Shown here: piece by piece, positions 28,021 to 37,686 of the stretch
Numbering within the stretch: position 1 is the stretch's first letter
Layout of the letters: each line of letters begins with the position of its first letter
IMG/VR virus record: IMGVR_UViG_2825118518_000002
Location: 1 to 64,000 of that record
Strand: one strand, 5' to 3'
DNA from: a virus
Lineage: Duplodnaviria; Caudoviricetes
DNA length: 64,000 nucleotides
Made by a program: the position numbers and the translations under genes
Notes under the pieces: generated by a model
What the model saw: the letters and a program-made list of their open reading frames with translations, nothing else
Database searches by the model: none
What the model was told of the DNA's origin: nothing

Positions 28021-28356
28021 ATGGCGGTCATCAGTAGATACATTCCCGACGGGAGCACGTCGGCCGTTCGGTGGGACGGCGATTTCGATGCGTACGTGGG
28101 CAATCAGCATATTGCTCACATCGTCGACCTGCAGCGCATCTATCATCAGGATTCAATGCACCATCCAACGCACGACAGACCTCGGTTCGAGATTCATATG
28201 ACGTCCGGGAGGCTGCGCAACCGCGGCGCCAAGTCGTCCCTTTGGCTCGCCCAGTATGTTGTCGAAGAAATCTGGCGCTCTCGCCATTCCGAACATCCTG
28301 CCCGGTGGCAACGGCGCCTGAACGATCAAAACCTGCCGGCGTTTGCGTCAGGCTGA
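28021..28356 (+). CDS. Hypothetical protein
   Basis: RBS GGAG; preceded by conserved promoter motif. Confidence 0.65.
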   Translation: MAVISRYIPDGSTSAVRWDGDFDAYVGNQHIAHIVDLQRIYHQDSMHHPTHDRPRFEIHMTSGRLRNRGAKSSLWLAQYVVEEIWRSRHSEHPARWQRRLNDQNLPAFASG

Positions 28357-28399
28357 ACGGGCGCCCACCATAATCCCATCGATTGCGAAGGAGGCGGCG

Positions 28400-28578
28400 A
28401 TGGGTGTGATCAGGTGGGAAGAACGGCATGACGGATCCTGGCACGGATCGATCGGCCGCATGGGCACCGCGACGAGGTCTACCGCTTGGGCTACGGGTTC
28501 GTCTTTGAGATGCTAGATGGCGGCGATGTTCGCATCGTGGGCTTCCGCAACATGAATGAGCTAGAGGAAGTGGCATGA
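28400..28578 (+). pseudogene. Frameshifted or deletion-fused small gene
   Basis: AAGGAGG + ATG 28400; protein-like continuation in -1 frame ends in ATGA overlap at 28575-28578. Confidence 0.5.
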
Positions 28579-28934
28579 CCAGAAATCCGGAGGAATGGTC
28601 CATCGCGGCGATGGTAGACCGCACGCCCAAGATCGAGCTCGCGTCATATCAGCAGAAGGCCGTAGACTGCATACGGAATTGGACGTCGACCAGCGAAATC
28701 AAACTCTCCCCGTTATCAGCCAGCCGTCTCAAGGAGATGGCGGAGCAGATCGATGCGGTGGCTCGCGAAATGGACGAAGCCGAGCGGAAGCTGCAGGCGT
28801 TCGCCGACTTCGCAAAGGACATTCCGGTAACTCCCCGTGACGCGACCGACGAATGGCTGATGACACGGAAATCGAAGTGGGTGATCGCGCCAGATGGGCG
28901 GTGGATGTCAGTAAGCATTGGAGACGACACATGA
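28575..28934 (+). CDS. Hypothetical protein
   Basis: ATGA-coupled operon. Confidence 0.65.
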   Translation: MTRNPEEWSIAAMVDRTPKIELASYQQKAVDCIRNWTSTSEIKLSPLSASRLKEMAEQIDAVAREMDEAERKLQAFADFAKDIPVTPRDATDEWLMTRKSKWVIAPDGRWMSVSIGDDT

Positions 28935-29146
28935 CCAACGAATTCGTTGCCAGATTGCCGAGCCGTATCGCACACCATGTCGAACAGGATGTCGTCGAGA
29001 TGTACAGAGCAACGGCAGCCGGACTCTATTACATTGAGACGGGAGATCCGTGCTGCTCGCCCGAGATGTCATGGGATAGCTGGGTCGCATTCGCACGGCA
29101 GATCATCGCGGCCGATGAAGCGGCGCGTGCGGGAGGTGCGGCATGA
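28931..29146 (+). CDS. Hypothetical protein
   Basis: ATGA-coupled, RBS GGAG. Confidence 0.65.
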   Translation: MTNEFVARLPSRIAHHVEQDVVEMYRATAAGLYYIETGDPCCSPEMSWDSWVAFARQIIAADEAARAGGAA

Positions 29147-29430
29147 ACCCGACACCATACACAGCCGACTTCCTACTCGACATCGCCAAGAGCACGCCAT
29201 TCCCTCTAGCCGTTCCCTACGAGGATTGGCATTCGACGCTGACGTTCGACGCTCGTAACGGCTGGCAGATAGCTGTCTTCTACGACGGTGAAGAGTTTGA
29301 TTACATCGAGCACTTCGTTGCGCCTGATGGTAGCCTAGTTAATGCATGGGATTGGCCGGACACCGAACAGGACGAGAACGCGCCGTTTGTCTGTGGTGAC
29401 AAGGAGCGGATCATTTTCTGGAGACCATAG
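29143..29430 (+). CDS. Hypothetical protein
   Basis: ATGA-coupled, RBS GGAGG. Confidence 0.7.
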   Translation: MNPTPYTADFLLDIAKSTPFPLAVPYEDWHSTLTFDARNGWQIAVFYDGEEFDYIEHFVAPDGSLVNAWDWPDTEQDENAPFVCGDKERIIFWRP

Positions 29431-29433
29431 GAC

Positions 29434-29486
29434 CGCGGGGGACCCTGAGTGGGTCGCCCCAGTGCGGGTAATTCGCGACCCCAGGT
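29434..29486 (+). other. Putative cos/packaging-initiation region
   Basis: GGGGACCCT...GCGGGTAATTCGCGACCCC directly upstream of terS, the usual cos position in lambda-type terminase phages. Confidence 0.4.
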
Positions 29487-29607
29487 GATCTCTCTTCCAG
29501 AATTTTTTGAAATTGGTTCAGCATCAGCACCCCCACCCCCTTCGACATTGAATCTTGCAGCCGCCGACGACCCAATAGTCCTGAAAACATTGGGAGTTCG
29601 CGGAAGC

Positions 29608-30237
29608 ATGGCGCGCAGGAAATCCGTCAGGGGGGTGACCTCTGACGACGAAAATCTGGACGAAACGTGGGCACCCCCGTCGATCGACAATGATGACCCC
29701 TCATCTTCCCACCGGGAAGCGGACAAGCACGGCCATATGTCCCTGAAGCAGTGCGCCGCCCTGCTCGGACGGAACAGGACCACGGTTGAAAAATGGATCG
29801 ATCTCGGCTGTCCCTACGTCACTAAAGCGAACCGCGACCTCGGTCTGGCATGGGTGTTGGATATCGCCGACGTCGTCCGATGGCTTGAGCGCCACGCAGC
29901 TGAGACCACGGCGGAGCGCTTCGGCAAAACCGTCGACGGTGACGTGTCCGAGGGTGATGCCAAGCGTAGGCGCCTCGTTGCGCTGATGCACCTCGACGAA
30001 GCGGAGGCCGCTGCGGTGCTCCGATCACAGGTGCGGATGCAGCTCGTCATCGACGAGATCGAGAAGCTCCTGACGGAGGTTCGCGGTGGGGTCGCCAGTA
30101 TCCCGGACATCGTCGCAGGTAAGGTCGACCCCAAGCATGCGGTGAAGGTTCGAAAGGACGTCGACGACACGCTGCGCGCTCTTCTCGACTCGCTCAGTGT
30201 GACCGCCGTGATGGCGAAGATCACAGCCGGAGACTGA
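29608..30237 (+). CDS. terS: Terminase small subunit (Nu1-like)
   Basis: HTH + WIDLGCP...LDIADVVRW motif; upstream of terL. Confidence 0.85.
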   Translation: MARRKSVRGVTSDDENLDETWAPPSIDNDDPSSSHREADKHGHMSLKQCAALLGRNRTTVEKWIDLGCPYVTKANRDLGLAWVLDIADVVRWLERHAAETTAERFGKTVDGDVSEGDAKRRRLVALMHLDEAEAAAVLRSQVRMQLVIDEIEKLLTEVRGGVASIPDIVAGKVDPKHAVKVRKDVDDTLRALLDSLSVTAVMAKITAGD

Positions 30238-30238
30238 C

Positions 30239-32386
30239 ATGCTTCCGGGTGACGAGATCGATTACGAGAAAGCTGTGCTGGGTGGAGAGGAAGACTTCCT
30301 CGCCGCGCTCGCTGCCATCCGTCAGAAGATCCTTCAGCTTCCGAAATTCAAGGATCCGGTCGAATGGATCTACGAAAACATCAGGCTTCTCACCAACGAG
30401 ACCTCGCGCGCAGGATATATGCGCCTCAACGGGTACCAGCGGCCGGTAGCCGCCGACGCCATGTCGGGTGATGTCGATCAGATCACGATCTTGAAGGGCG
30501 TTCAGGTCGGCTATTCCACTTTCATGAAGTCGATGATCATTTACGCGCTCGCTTATTTGGCGATCAATGTCATCGTCGCGCAGCCGACCGCGAAGGATGC
30601 CCAAGGCTATTACAACGACGAGCTGGAGCCAGTCTTCCGAAGCTCCACTGCTATGACCGAGATCGTGCGCCCTCCCGTGCGTGGTCAGCCGTTGGATACC
30701 TGGAGGGAGCACCGCTTCAAGAACGCCGCGCGTCTCTACATGCGCGGCGCCGCGTCAGACGACTCGTTCCGCCGTATCCGTGCCAAGTGGCTGTTCGGCG
30801 ATGAAGTGGACGCCGACGGTTGGCAGGCACTCCTGTCAGACTCACAAGGTGACAAGCTCGAGCTATTCCGCGCCCGCGGCACGACCTTCTTTGATTCCAT
30901 TCTGTGGATCGGCTCCACGCCGCTCGTCCGCGATACCAGCCTCGTCTGGCGGGAATGGTGCCTGTCTGATCAACGCCGCTTCTTTGTCCGCTGCCCGCAA
31001 TGCCATACGCAGCAGACCCTGAAATGGGGCGACCGCAAGACCCCGTACGGATTCAAGTACATTCTCAACGAACGGAACATCGTCACCGACTGCTATTATA
31101 TGTGCGAGGGGCCGGATCATTGTCGTATCGATGAAGACCACAAGGAGGAAATGGTCGAGAACGGAGAGTTCATTCCTCAGAACCTGTCGCCCAACCGCGA
31201 AGGCCATCGGGGATATCACTGGCCGCAGTGGCTCTCCATGGCTCCCAAAGCACGCTGGCGCTCCCTTGCTCAGCAGGATGTGAACGCTCGGGGGAACCCT
31301 GACGCACGGAAGGTCTTTGTCAACAACGTCCTCGCCGAGCCATGGGACGACCTCGGAAATTCGGACCTCAACTCTGCGACCACGAGTTCGCAGCAGGCTC
31401 CTTATCCTGCCGAAGTCCCCGACGACATCGTCGTACTAACCTCATCGTGGGACATGCAGACGAATAAGGAAGGCGGTCATCTCGAACAGATTGCATCACG
31501 CGAATACCACATCATCGGCTGGAACCGGAAAGAGATGCCGTCGGTTATTTCTTACGGCAAGGTTCTAGGTGAGCCGTCGGATCCTGATGCACGTCGCCAT
31601 TTCGACGATATTCGCACCCGTCCATACACCAAGCGAGACGGCACTCGGTTGTACATCCAGGCGACGGCATGCGACATGGGCGGTCACTTCGGTGACCAAG
31701 TCAAAACCGAGTGCGCGCGCTATCCGAAGAGCGCGAACGTTTGGGCCATCAAAGGCAAAGCCTATGCTTCCAAGGGCAAGCGTGGGCCTTCTGTCTGGCC
31801 AAAAAGCATTTCGAAGCGGATCAAGGGTTCGAATATCGGCTGGTACATGATCGACACCCAGCTCGCTAAGGACGCTGTCGCCCGGAAGCTGATGGTCAAG
31901 GGTCCCGGTGGTCCGCGCTTCCCGATGTCCCTGCCGGAAGGCTATTTCGACCGCCTGATGTGCGAACGCCCGTTTCCGCAAAAGAAGGGCGGCTATCACT
32001 GGGATCACCCCAAGGGCGGCCGCTCACATGAGGAGTGGGACACCTTCATCTATTGCTACGCGGCCCTGCAGGGGTTGAAGCATTCTTATCTTCGTTGGCG
32101 CGACTTGAATCTTGCAGCGGACAAGATGGGAATTGTGGATGTGCCGCACGATCCCGAGACGGGAGAGATTTTCGACGAGGCCTACAAGGGCCCAGATCTT
32201 TCAGTCCTTGCATCGGCGGCCACCGAGTCTGCCGACGTCGCCGCAGCGGTTCCATCCGGGATCGCGCAACGCGCTATCGCTAGCAGACCTGCGGCGCAAC
32301 GATCGGTGCCAATGGCGGCACCAGTGGTCGTGGGCGTGAAACCGATGGTGAGGAAAAGGCGGTCAGGCGGCGTGATTTCGTTCTGA
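30239..32386 (+). CDS. terL: Terminase large subunit (lambda gpA family)
   Basis: KGVQVGYST, GDEVD, STP, CPQC, VNNVLAEPW, DMGG, AIKG motifs. Confidence 0.95.
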   Translation: MLPGDEIDYEKAVLGGEEDFLAALAAIRQKILQLPKFKDPVEWIYENIRLLTNETSRAGYMRLNGYQRPVAADAMSGDVDQITILKGVQVGYSTFMKSMIIYALAYLAINVIVAQPTAKDAQGYYNDELEPVFRSSTAMTEIVRPPVRGQPLDTWREHRFKNAARLYMRGAASDDSFRRIRAKWLFGDEVDADGWQALLSDSQGDKLELFRARGTTFFDSILWIGSTPLVRDTSLVWREWCLSDQRRFFVRCPQCHTQQTLKWGDRKTPYGFKYILNERNIVTDCYYMCEGPDHCRIDEDHKEEMVENGEFIPQNLSPNREGHRGYHWPQWLSMAPKARWRSLAQQDVNARGNPDARKVFVNNVLAEPWDDLGNSDLNSATTSSQQAPYPAEVPDDIVVLTSSWDMQTNKEGGHLEQIASREYHIIGWNRKEMPSVISYGKVLGEPSDPDARRHFDDIRTRPYTKRDGTRLYIQATACDMGGHFGDQVKTECARYPKSANVWAIKGKAYASKGKRGPSVWPKSISKRIKGSNIGWYMIDTQLAKDAVARKLMVKGPGGPRFPMSLPEGYFDRLMCERPFPQKKGGYHWDHPKGGRSHEEWDTFIYCYAALQGLKHSYLRWRDLNLAADKMGIVDVPHDPETGEIFDEAYKGPDLSVLASAATESADVAAAVPSGIAQRAIASRPAAQRSVPMAAPVVVGVKPMVRKRRSGGVISF

Positions 32387-32404
32387 TCGTGTTGGTGAGG
32401 ACGG

Positions 32405-32650
32405 ATGGATACAACATATTTTCAGGACTGGTCATCGACCGAGCTGCGTGCCGAGCGAAAGGCTATCGAATCCCAGCTCCTTATCGGCGCACAGCAGGTC
32501 TCATATTCCGGAGGCGGCAGCGCGAACTTCCTCAACCTCGCCGACGCCAAAGCCCTGATCCGTCTCATTTCCAATCGTATTGCCGAGATCGAAGGCCGCC
32601 CGGTGAAACGACCCGGCCTGCGCTTCATCACTCTGATTTCGGGAGAGTGA
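32405..32650 (+). CDS. Head-tail joining protein (gpW-like)
   Basis: 81 aa between terL and portal; GAQQVSY motif. Confidence 0.75.
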   Translation: MDTTYFQDWSSTELRAERKAIESQLLIGAQQVSYSGGGSANFLNLADAKALIRLISNRIAEIEGRPVKRPGLRFITLISGE

Positions 32651-32651
32651 A

Positions 32652-34205
32652 ATGAGCGACATCGAGATCCGCGGTTCTGTCCCTTCCACCTCTCCTAAGT
32701 CTCGTACTCTACGTCCGGGCGGCATTCGATCCGCAGCAGCCGACCTGTTTTCATCGGCAGCCGGCATCGTGAAGACGTTCTACAAATCCGCCAGCCGTCT
32801 CCATAAGGCAGCCTCCAAGGATCCCGGCCCGAACGGCGCCAATGGTGAGATCGAGATTATTCGCCAGGTCTCTCGTTTCCAACGAGCCAACAACGGCTAC
32901 TACCGCAATGGTATGCGGCAGGTCGCGAATAACGTGGTCAGCTATGGCATCACACCTGTGATCCCATATTCCGACCTGAAGGCACTGTTCAGGGTATGGA
33001 CGCCGGAAGCCGACGCTCGCGGCCGCTATGATTTCTATGGACTGCAATGGCATGCCGTCGAAACGGTTGCCACGGATGGCGAAGTTCTGTTCAGGCTCCG
33101 TGATCGGCTTGAGGGTGATATGCTGTCGGGTGTCCCGCTTCAGATCCAAATGCTCCAGGCAGACCATCTTCCTCTTGGTTGGACTCAGCAGTCACCGTCG
33201 GGCAACTGGATCGTTGACGGCGTCGAACGCAATGCCATCGACCGCGTCGTCGCCTACTGGCTATACCAGTGGCACCCGAAGGACTGGCGCGGAAAAACCG
33301 GGGACATGATGCCGAAGCCGGTCCCCGCAGTAGACGTCCTGCACATGTTCATTCCGGACACGCCGAGTTCTGAGCGCGGCTCGCCTTGGGCAGCGCCCGT
33401 GCTGGACATCATGGATATCCTGCAGGAATACCGCCATAACGAAGTCGGTCGCAAGCGGCATCAGAGCAAGTTCACGGTGTTCTATAAGAAGCCGCTGGCC
33501 GCAGATGACGAATCCGCGTTCGGAGACGACGAGCCGCCGAAGTTCCAGACAGTTCCTGCTGGCGGCGCCGTTGAAGTGCCCGAGGGATACGATGTCTCCT
33601 TCCCGGATCAACCCGGTACTGACAACAACTTCGAAGCCTTCAACCGCGTCAATCTATCGGAAGTCGCAGTTTGTATTGGCCTGTGCGTCGAGCAGCTCAC
33701 TCTCGACTTCAAGGATGTGAACGATAGGGTTTACAGAGCGATGATGCTCGAGGTCGGTCGCTTCATCCTGTCTATCCAGCACCACATGGTCATCCAGCAG
33801 TTCTGCGCTCCCGTTTGGCGCCGCTGGGTATCGGCCGCAATCCTCGCTGGCAAGTGGACACCTCCTGCAGATGCGAAGCCCGAGGACTACATGCGTGTGG
33901 AGTGGATGCCTCCGGCACGTGGCCATATCCACCCGATTCAAGAAGTGACCGCCTTCATGCTCGCCGTACAAAATGGTTTCACGTCTCGCCAACAGGTAGC
34001 CTCCGAATTCGGCTACGACATCGAGGAGATCGACCTGCAGAATGCTAAGGACTCCGCGAGAGCGGGAGAACTTCGCCTTCCTTATCCTGTTTATGAGGGT
34101 GCTGGTGCCATGCCGCAGACGCAAGCTGCCGGCGCCGTGCAGGCGCTGGCTCAGAAGGCCGTGATGGATGCGCTGTTCAAAATGGCTGAGGAAGAGGCCG
34201 CCTGA
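32652..34205 (+). CDS. Portal protein, lambda family
   Basis: DGEVL, PLQIQML, VLHMF..ERGSPW, IHPIQEV motifs. Confidence 0.92.
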   Translation: MSDIEIRGSVPSTSPKSRTLRPGGIRSAAADLFSSAAGIVKTFYKSASRLHKAASKDPGPNGANGEIEIIRQVSRFQRANNGYYRNGMRQVANNVVSYGITPVIPYSDLKALFRVWTPEADARGRYDFYGLQWHAVETVATDGEVLFRLRDRLEGDMLSGVPLQIQMLQADHLPLGWTQQSPSGNWIVDGVERNAIDRVVAYWLYQWHPKDWRGKTGDMMPKPVPAVDVLHMFIPDTPSSERGSPWAAPVLDIMDILQEYRHNEVGRKRHQSKFTVFYKKPLAADDESAFGDDEPPKFQTVPAGGAVEVPEGYDVSFPDQPGTDNNFEAFNRVNLSEVAVCIGLCVEQLTLDFKDVNDRVYRAMMLEVGRFILSIQHHMVIQQFCAPVWRRWVSAAILAGKWTPPADAKPEDYMRVEWMPPARGHIHPIQEVTAFMLAVQNGFTSRQQVASEFGYDIEEIDLQNAKDSARAGELRLPYPVYEGAGAMPQTQAAGAVQALAQKAVMDALFKMAEEEAA

Positions 34206-34340
34206 TATAACGGACAATTCCGTTGACATTGTGAGTGAATCCACTGAAAAATAATCATATTTTCCGGACTTTCTCTCTTGCCACGAGGTTTAAGACCCGG
34301 TTTTGTGCGGTCCTTCGAAAACGAGCCAACAGGAGGTCAA

Positions 34341-34520
34341 ATGTTTTTCGTAGACTTCGCGGTCAGCGGCGACGATCGCTACCTGATCGTCATCGACACT
34401 ATGGCGCCGGAACGGAACCGGATCGAAAAGGTCAGCGACCAGCGGTTCATGGAGTTCATCCAGAAGGTTCTGGACATCAATATCCCGCTCTCTGAGATCG
34501 AACAGGAGATGGCAGTATGA
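34341..34520 (+). CDS. Small hypothetical protein (moron)
   Basis: RBS AGGAGG; AT-rich leader. Confidence 0.6.
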   Translation: MFFVDFAVSGDDRYLIVIDTMAPERNRIEKVSDQRFMEFIQKVLDINIPLSEIEQEMAV

Positions 34521-34915
34521 CCGAGCGCAAGCCCATGCCTTTGGCCTTTCTCGACGAGCCGTTTCCGAACTTCGAAAGCGTCGCTCAGCACCTGGAGAGT
34601 CTGACGAAGCGCATCGTCAATTACCTAGCAATGGAGCCGTATGTGGTGGTCGAGCATCCTTACGAACAGCTCGACGTCGCACTGTGGCTCCAGTCGGTAC
34701 CGAACGGTTACATTGCTCACATGCTCATTGCTGACCCCGAGCATATCGCAAGCCAGTGCCCTGATGACGCCCTCTTCTTCGACATCGGAGACGCCATCAA
34801 GAAGGAGCAGGTGCGCATTCGTGACGTGCACGAATACCTTCGGTCGGACGCATGGGTACAGGTAATCCATACTGATCGCCACCTGCGTTGGCTCACCGAC
34901 TTCCCAGTCGCCTAG
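34517..34915 (+). CDS. Hypothetical protein (moron)
   Basis: ATGA-coupled; terminator follows. Confidence 0.7.
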   Translation: MTERKPMPLAFLDEPFPNFESVAQHLESLTKRIVNYLAMEPYVVVEHPYEQLDVALWLQSVPNGYIAHMLIADPEHIASQCPDDALFFDIGDAIKKEQVRIRDVHEYLRSDAWVQVIHTDRHLRWLTDFPVA

Positions 34916-34930
34916 TCGACAACGACACTT

Positions 34931-34962
34931 GAAGCCCCCGAGATCCGGGGGCTTTCATTTTT
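34931..34962 (+). terminator. Intrinsic terminator
   Basis: AAGCCCCCG-agatc-CGGGGGCTTT + T-rich tail. Confidence 0.85.
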
Positions 34963-35033
34963 ATTCGCCATCGCGCTCGAATCTTGCAGGAACCCAGGCA
35001 ACGCTCGTCTCACATTGGAAATGAGACGACGGA

Positions 35034-36128
35034 ATGCCGACACCTATCCGCAAATCCACGACACCTGACCAGCGCTCCGAGCGCCCCTTCAGCATGCGCG
35101 CGTTTGCCGGACAGCCCACCTCCGTTGATGTTGCGACCAGATCTTTCGACGCCGTTGTCACCACGGAAACGCCTGTTACTCAATGGATCGAGGATCCACG
35201 GGTGGTTCCGCTTCCAGGCAAGTGCCCTCCGATCATCGCAGTTGGCGAAATCCTCCTCACCGACGGAATCGATCTCTCCCGCGCCCGAGGCATGCCATTC
35301 GTCGACTGTCACCAGACCCACGGCGGGATCAACGCCATCCTGGGAAAGGTCACTGATATTCGGGCTGAGGGACAGTCCATCGTCAGCAGGATCACCTTAG
35401 CCACCCGCCACTCGGATCTCATCGGCGACATCGCCGAAGGGTTCTATTCCCAGATCAGTGCTGGCTACTACTACGACCTTGCCGATGCGGAGTTTGTGGA
35501 GCAGTCGGACGGCGCCATGCCGATCCTCCTCGTCAAAAAATGGGTTCTCACTGAAGTGAGCAACGTAGCCGTTGCCGCCGATCCCAACGCCTTCATCCGT
35601 AGCTTTCAAAACTCCGCTGTGCCGGGAGCCATCCGGCTGCGCAGCGCTGCCCCCCAAGATCAGGAGACCACCATGGATATCGAAGAAGTCGTCGCAGCCG
35701 CAGAAGCTGCTGTCACCGCAGCCGAGGAAGCCATTTCGGCCGCAGAGGATGCAGTTCCTGAGGAACTTGTCGAACGCATCAAGGCATTGCGTGCAGTTCG
35801 CGCCGACGAGACCACGGATGCCGAAAAGATCGACGGCAGTGGGTCCGCAGATGATGCCGCCGCGGCCGACGCCGAGAAGAAGGATGCAGAGGCTGTTCGC
35901 TCCATCGCCAAGACCTACGGCCTGACCAAGCTCATCGATGACATGCGGTCTCTTGGGGCTAAGCCTGCCGAGCTGAAGGAAGCCCTGAAGCGCTCGATCG
36001 CTCAGCGTGGCACGGCCTCGGAAAAGGAGGTCGCCGTCGAGCCGTCCAAGCGGTCTGCACCTGTCGTGGAGAAGACCGACTTCCAGCGCGCTCGTAGCGC
36101 CTACGACAAGCTGAACGGCAAGAAGTAA
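35034..36128 (+). CDS. Prohead protease with C-terminal scaffold
   Basis: FVDCH, ISAGY, EVSNVAVAADP (HK97-type protease) then Ala/Glu-rich helix. Confidence 0.85.
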   Translation: MPTPIRKSTTPDQRSERPFSMRAFAGQPTSVDVATRSFDAVVTTETPVTQWIEDPRVVPLPGKCPPIIAVGEILLTDGIDLSRARGMPFVDCHQTHGGINAILGKVTDIRAEGQSIVSRITLATRHSDLIGDIAEGFYSQISAGYYYDLADAEFVEQSDGAMPILLVKKWVLTEVSNVAVAADPNAFIRSFQNSAVPGAIRLRSAAPQDQETTMDIEEVVAAAEAAVTAAEEAISAAEDAVPEELVERIKALRAVRADETTDAEKIDGSGSADDAAAADAEKKDAEAVRSIAKTYGLTKLIDDMRSLGAKPAELKEALKRSIAQRGTASEKEVAVEPSKRSAPVVEKTDFQRARSAYDKLNGKK

Positions 36129-36151
36129 CCCCCAGTTTTCAGGAGAACCCC

Positions 36152-36547
36152 ATGACCAGAGTTAATCAGAACAAGCCGGATCAGCTTCACATCCGCTCGA
36201 AGGCCAACGGCGACCGCACCATCGACGTAATCACGCTGAAGCAGTCCGCAACCGTCTACAAGGCCGGAACGGTCGTCGTCGCCGAATACACAGGAGCATC
36301 CGGCAGCCAGGTTGCGACTGGCCTGTACATTGACCCCGCCTCCGCTGTCGATGTCACGACATACGACAAGATCAAGGTCGCCGTCCTCAATGACCGCGTC
36401 GATGCCACTGCGGGCAGCCATGCCGCTGTCGCCATCACCCGCGCTGCCGAGGTCTACGGCCAGTGGATCAGCCTCAAGGATCTCGCAACTGGCGAAAAAG
36501 CCGTCGTCGCAGCCGCGCTCGACGCCGCCGGCATCGTCGTCCGCTAA
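36152..36547 (+). CDS. Head decoration protein (gpD-like)
   Basis: AGTVV...AVL...ITRAAEV pattern; between protease and capsid. Confidence 0.8.
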   Translation: MTRVNQNKPDQLHIRSKANGDRTIDVITLKQSATVYKAGTVVVAEYTGASGSQVATGLYIDPASAVDVTTYDKIKVAVLNDRVDATAGSHAAVAITRAAEVYGQWISLKDLATGEKAVVAAALDAAGIVVR

Positions 36548-36597
36548 CCCATCGCGCTTTGTCAAAGAACAAAACGCGAACCAATTGGAGAAAAAGA

Positions 36598-37605
36598 ATG
36601 TCTTTCAATTTCGTCGACGTCTTCAAGGACGACATCTTCACCGTCCGCAGCATGATGGACTACATCGACTCGAAGCCGTACGTGCCGGAAGAGATCTCGA
36701 AGTGGCTGCCTTGGAATTCCGCAGGCGAGCTTAATCACCTTACGGCTATCGAGTTTCGTGATGGTGTCATCGACATCGTTCCCGATGCCGAACGCGGTTC
36801 CGCTGGCTTCACTGGCCGCGTGGCTGACCGTTCAGCGATCCCGGTCTACATCCCGCACTATCCGCAGCAGCGCACGCTCCTCGCGGAATCCGTCCGTGGC
36901 GTTCGCGCCTTCGGATCCGAGCTGGTCGAGACGTTCGAGCAGAAGCGCAACGAGATCCTCGATGCCTTCAACGTCAACAACCGCCTGACATGGGAGCGCA
37001 CGCGCGCCGCCGCGATCACCGGCATCATGTACAAGGCCGACATGACGACCCCGCTGATCAACTGGTTCGACACGTTCGGTATTGCTCAGAGCACCCACGA
37101 GATCGATTTCGGCAATTCTAATACGGAGGTCGTCGAAGAACTGACGGATGCCAAGATCAAGTCGGAGGAGGCCCTCGGCGACCTGTACGCCAACGGCTAC
37201 TACCTGATCGCTGGTCGCAATATCCAGAAGAAGATCAAGACGCATCCGACCGTGAAGACTGGATACGAGCGTTGGAATGCTGGCGGCCTGTTCCGTGACG
37301 ATGTCCGCGACGGCTTCCCGATCTCCACCGACATCAATGTCGTTACCTACACGCGCGGCAAGATCGGCAACCACTATCTCATCGATCCGGACACGGCATA
37401 CCTCTGCCCGATCGTTCAGGGCATGTACCAGACGCGCTTCGCACCTGGTACCGGAATCCAGACGCTCGGCGCCATGGGCGTGCCGGAATACATCTCGCCG
37501 AAGCTGCTCGACCACGACGAGGGTGTCGAGCTGAAGGGCCAGACCAACCCGCTCAGCTACGTCCAGAGGCTCGGCGCCGTCATCAAGATCACGGACGCAG
37601 ACTAA
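36598..37605 (+). CDS. Major capsid protein (lambda gpE family)
   Basis: ERG, PHYPQ, GVRAFGS, TWE, QTNPL motifs. Confidence 0.92.
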   Translation: MSFNFVDVFKDDIFTVRSMMDYIDSKPYVPEEISKWLPWNSAGELNHLTAIEFRDGVIDIVPDAERGSAGFTGRVADRSAIPVYIPHYPQQRTLLAESVRGVRAFGSELVETFEQKRNEILDAFNVNNRLTWERTRAAAITGIMYKADMTTPLINWFDTFGIAQSTHEIDFGNSNTEVVEELTDAKIKSEEALGDLYANGYYLIAGRNIQKKIKTHPTVKTGYERWNAGGLFRDDVRDGFPISTDINVVTYTRGKIGNHYLIDPDTAYLCPIVQGMYQTRFAPGTGIQTLGAMGVPEYISPKLLDHDEGVELKGQTNPLSYVQRLGAVIKITDAD

Positions 37606-37618
37606 TCGCTACCGTGTA

Positions 37619-37654
37619 GCGCAGCCGGGGTTTCCTCCTTTGACCCGGCTGCGC
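37619..37654 (+). terminator. Hairpin after capsid gene
   Basis: GCGCAGCCGGG...CCCGGCTGCGC followed by pyrimidine tract. Confidence 0.6.
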
Positions 37655-37686
37655 ACTTCCTTTCCTTTCATTCCCGGAGCGCCCTG

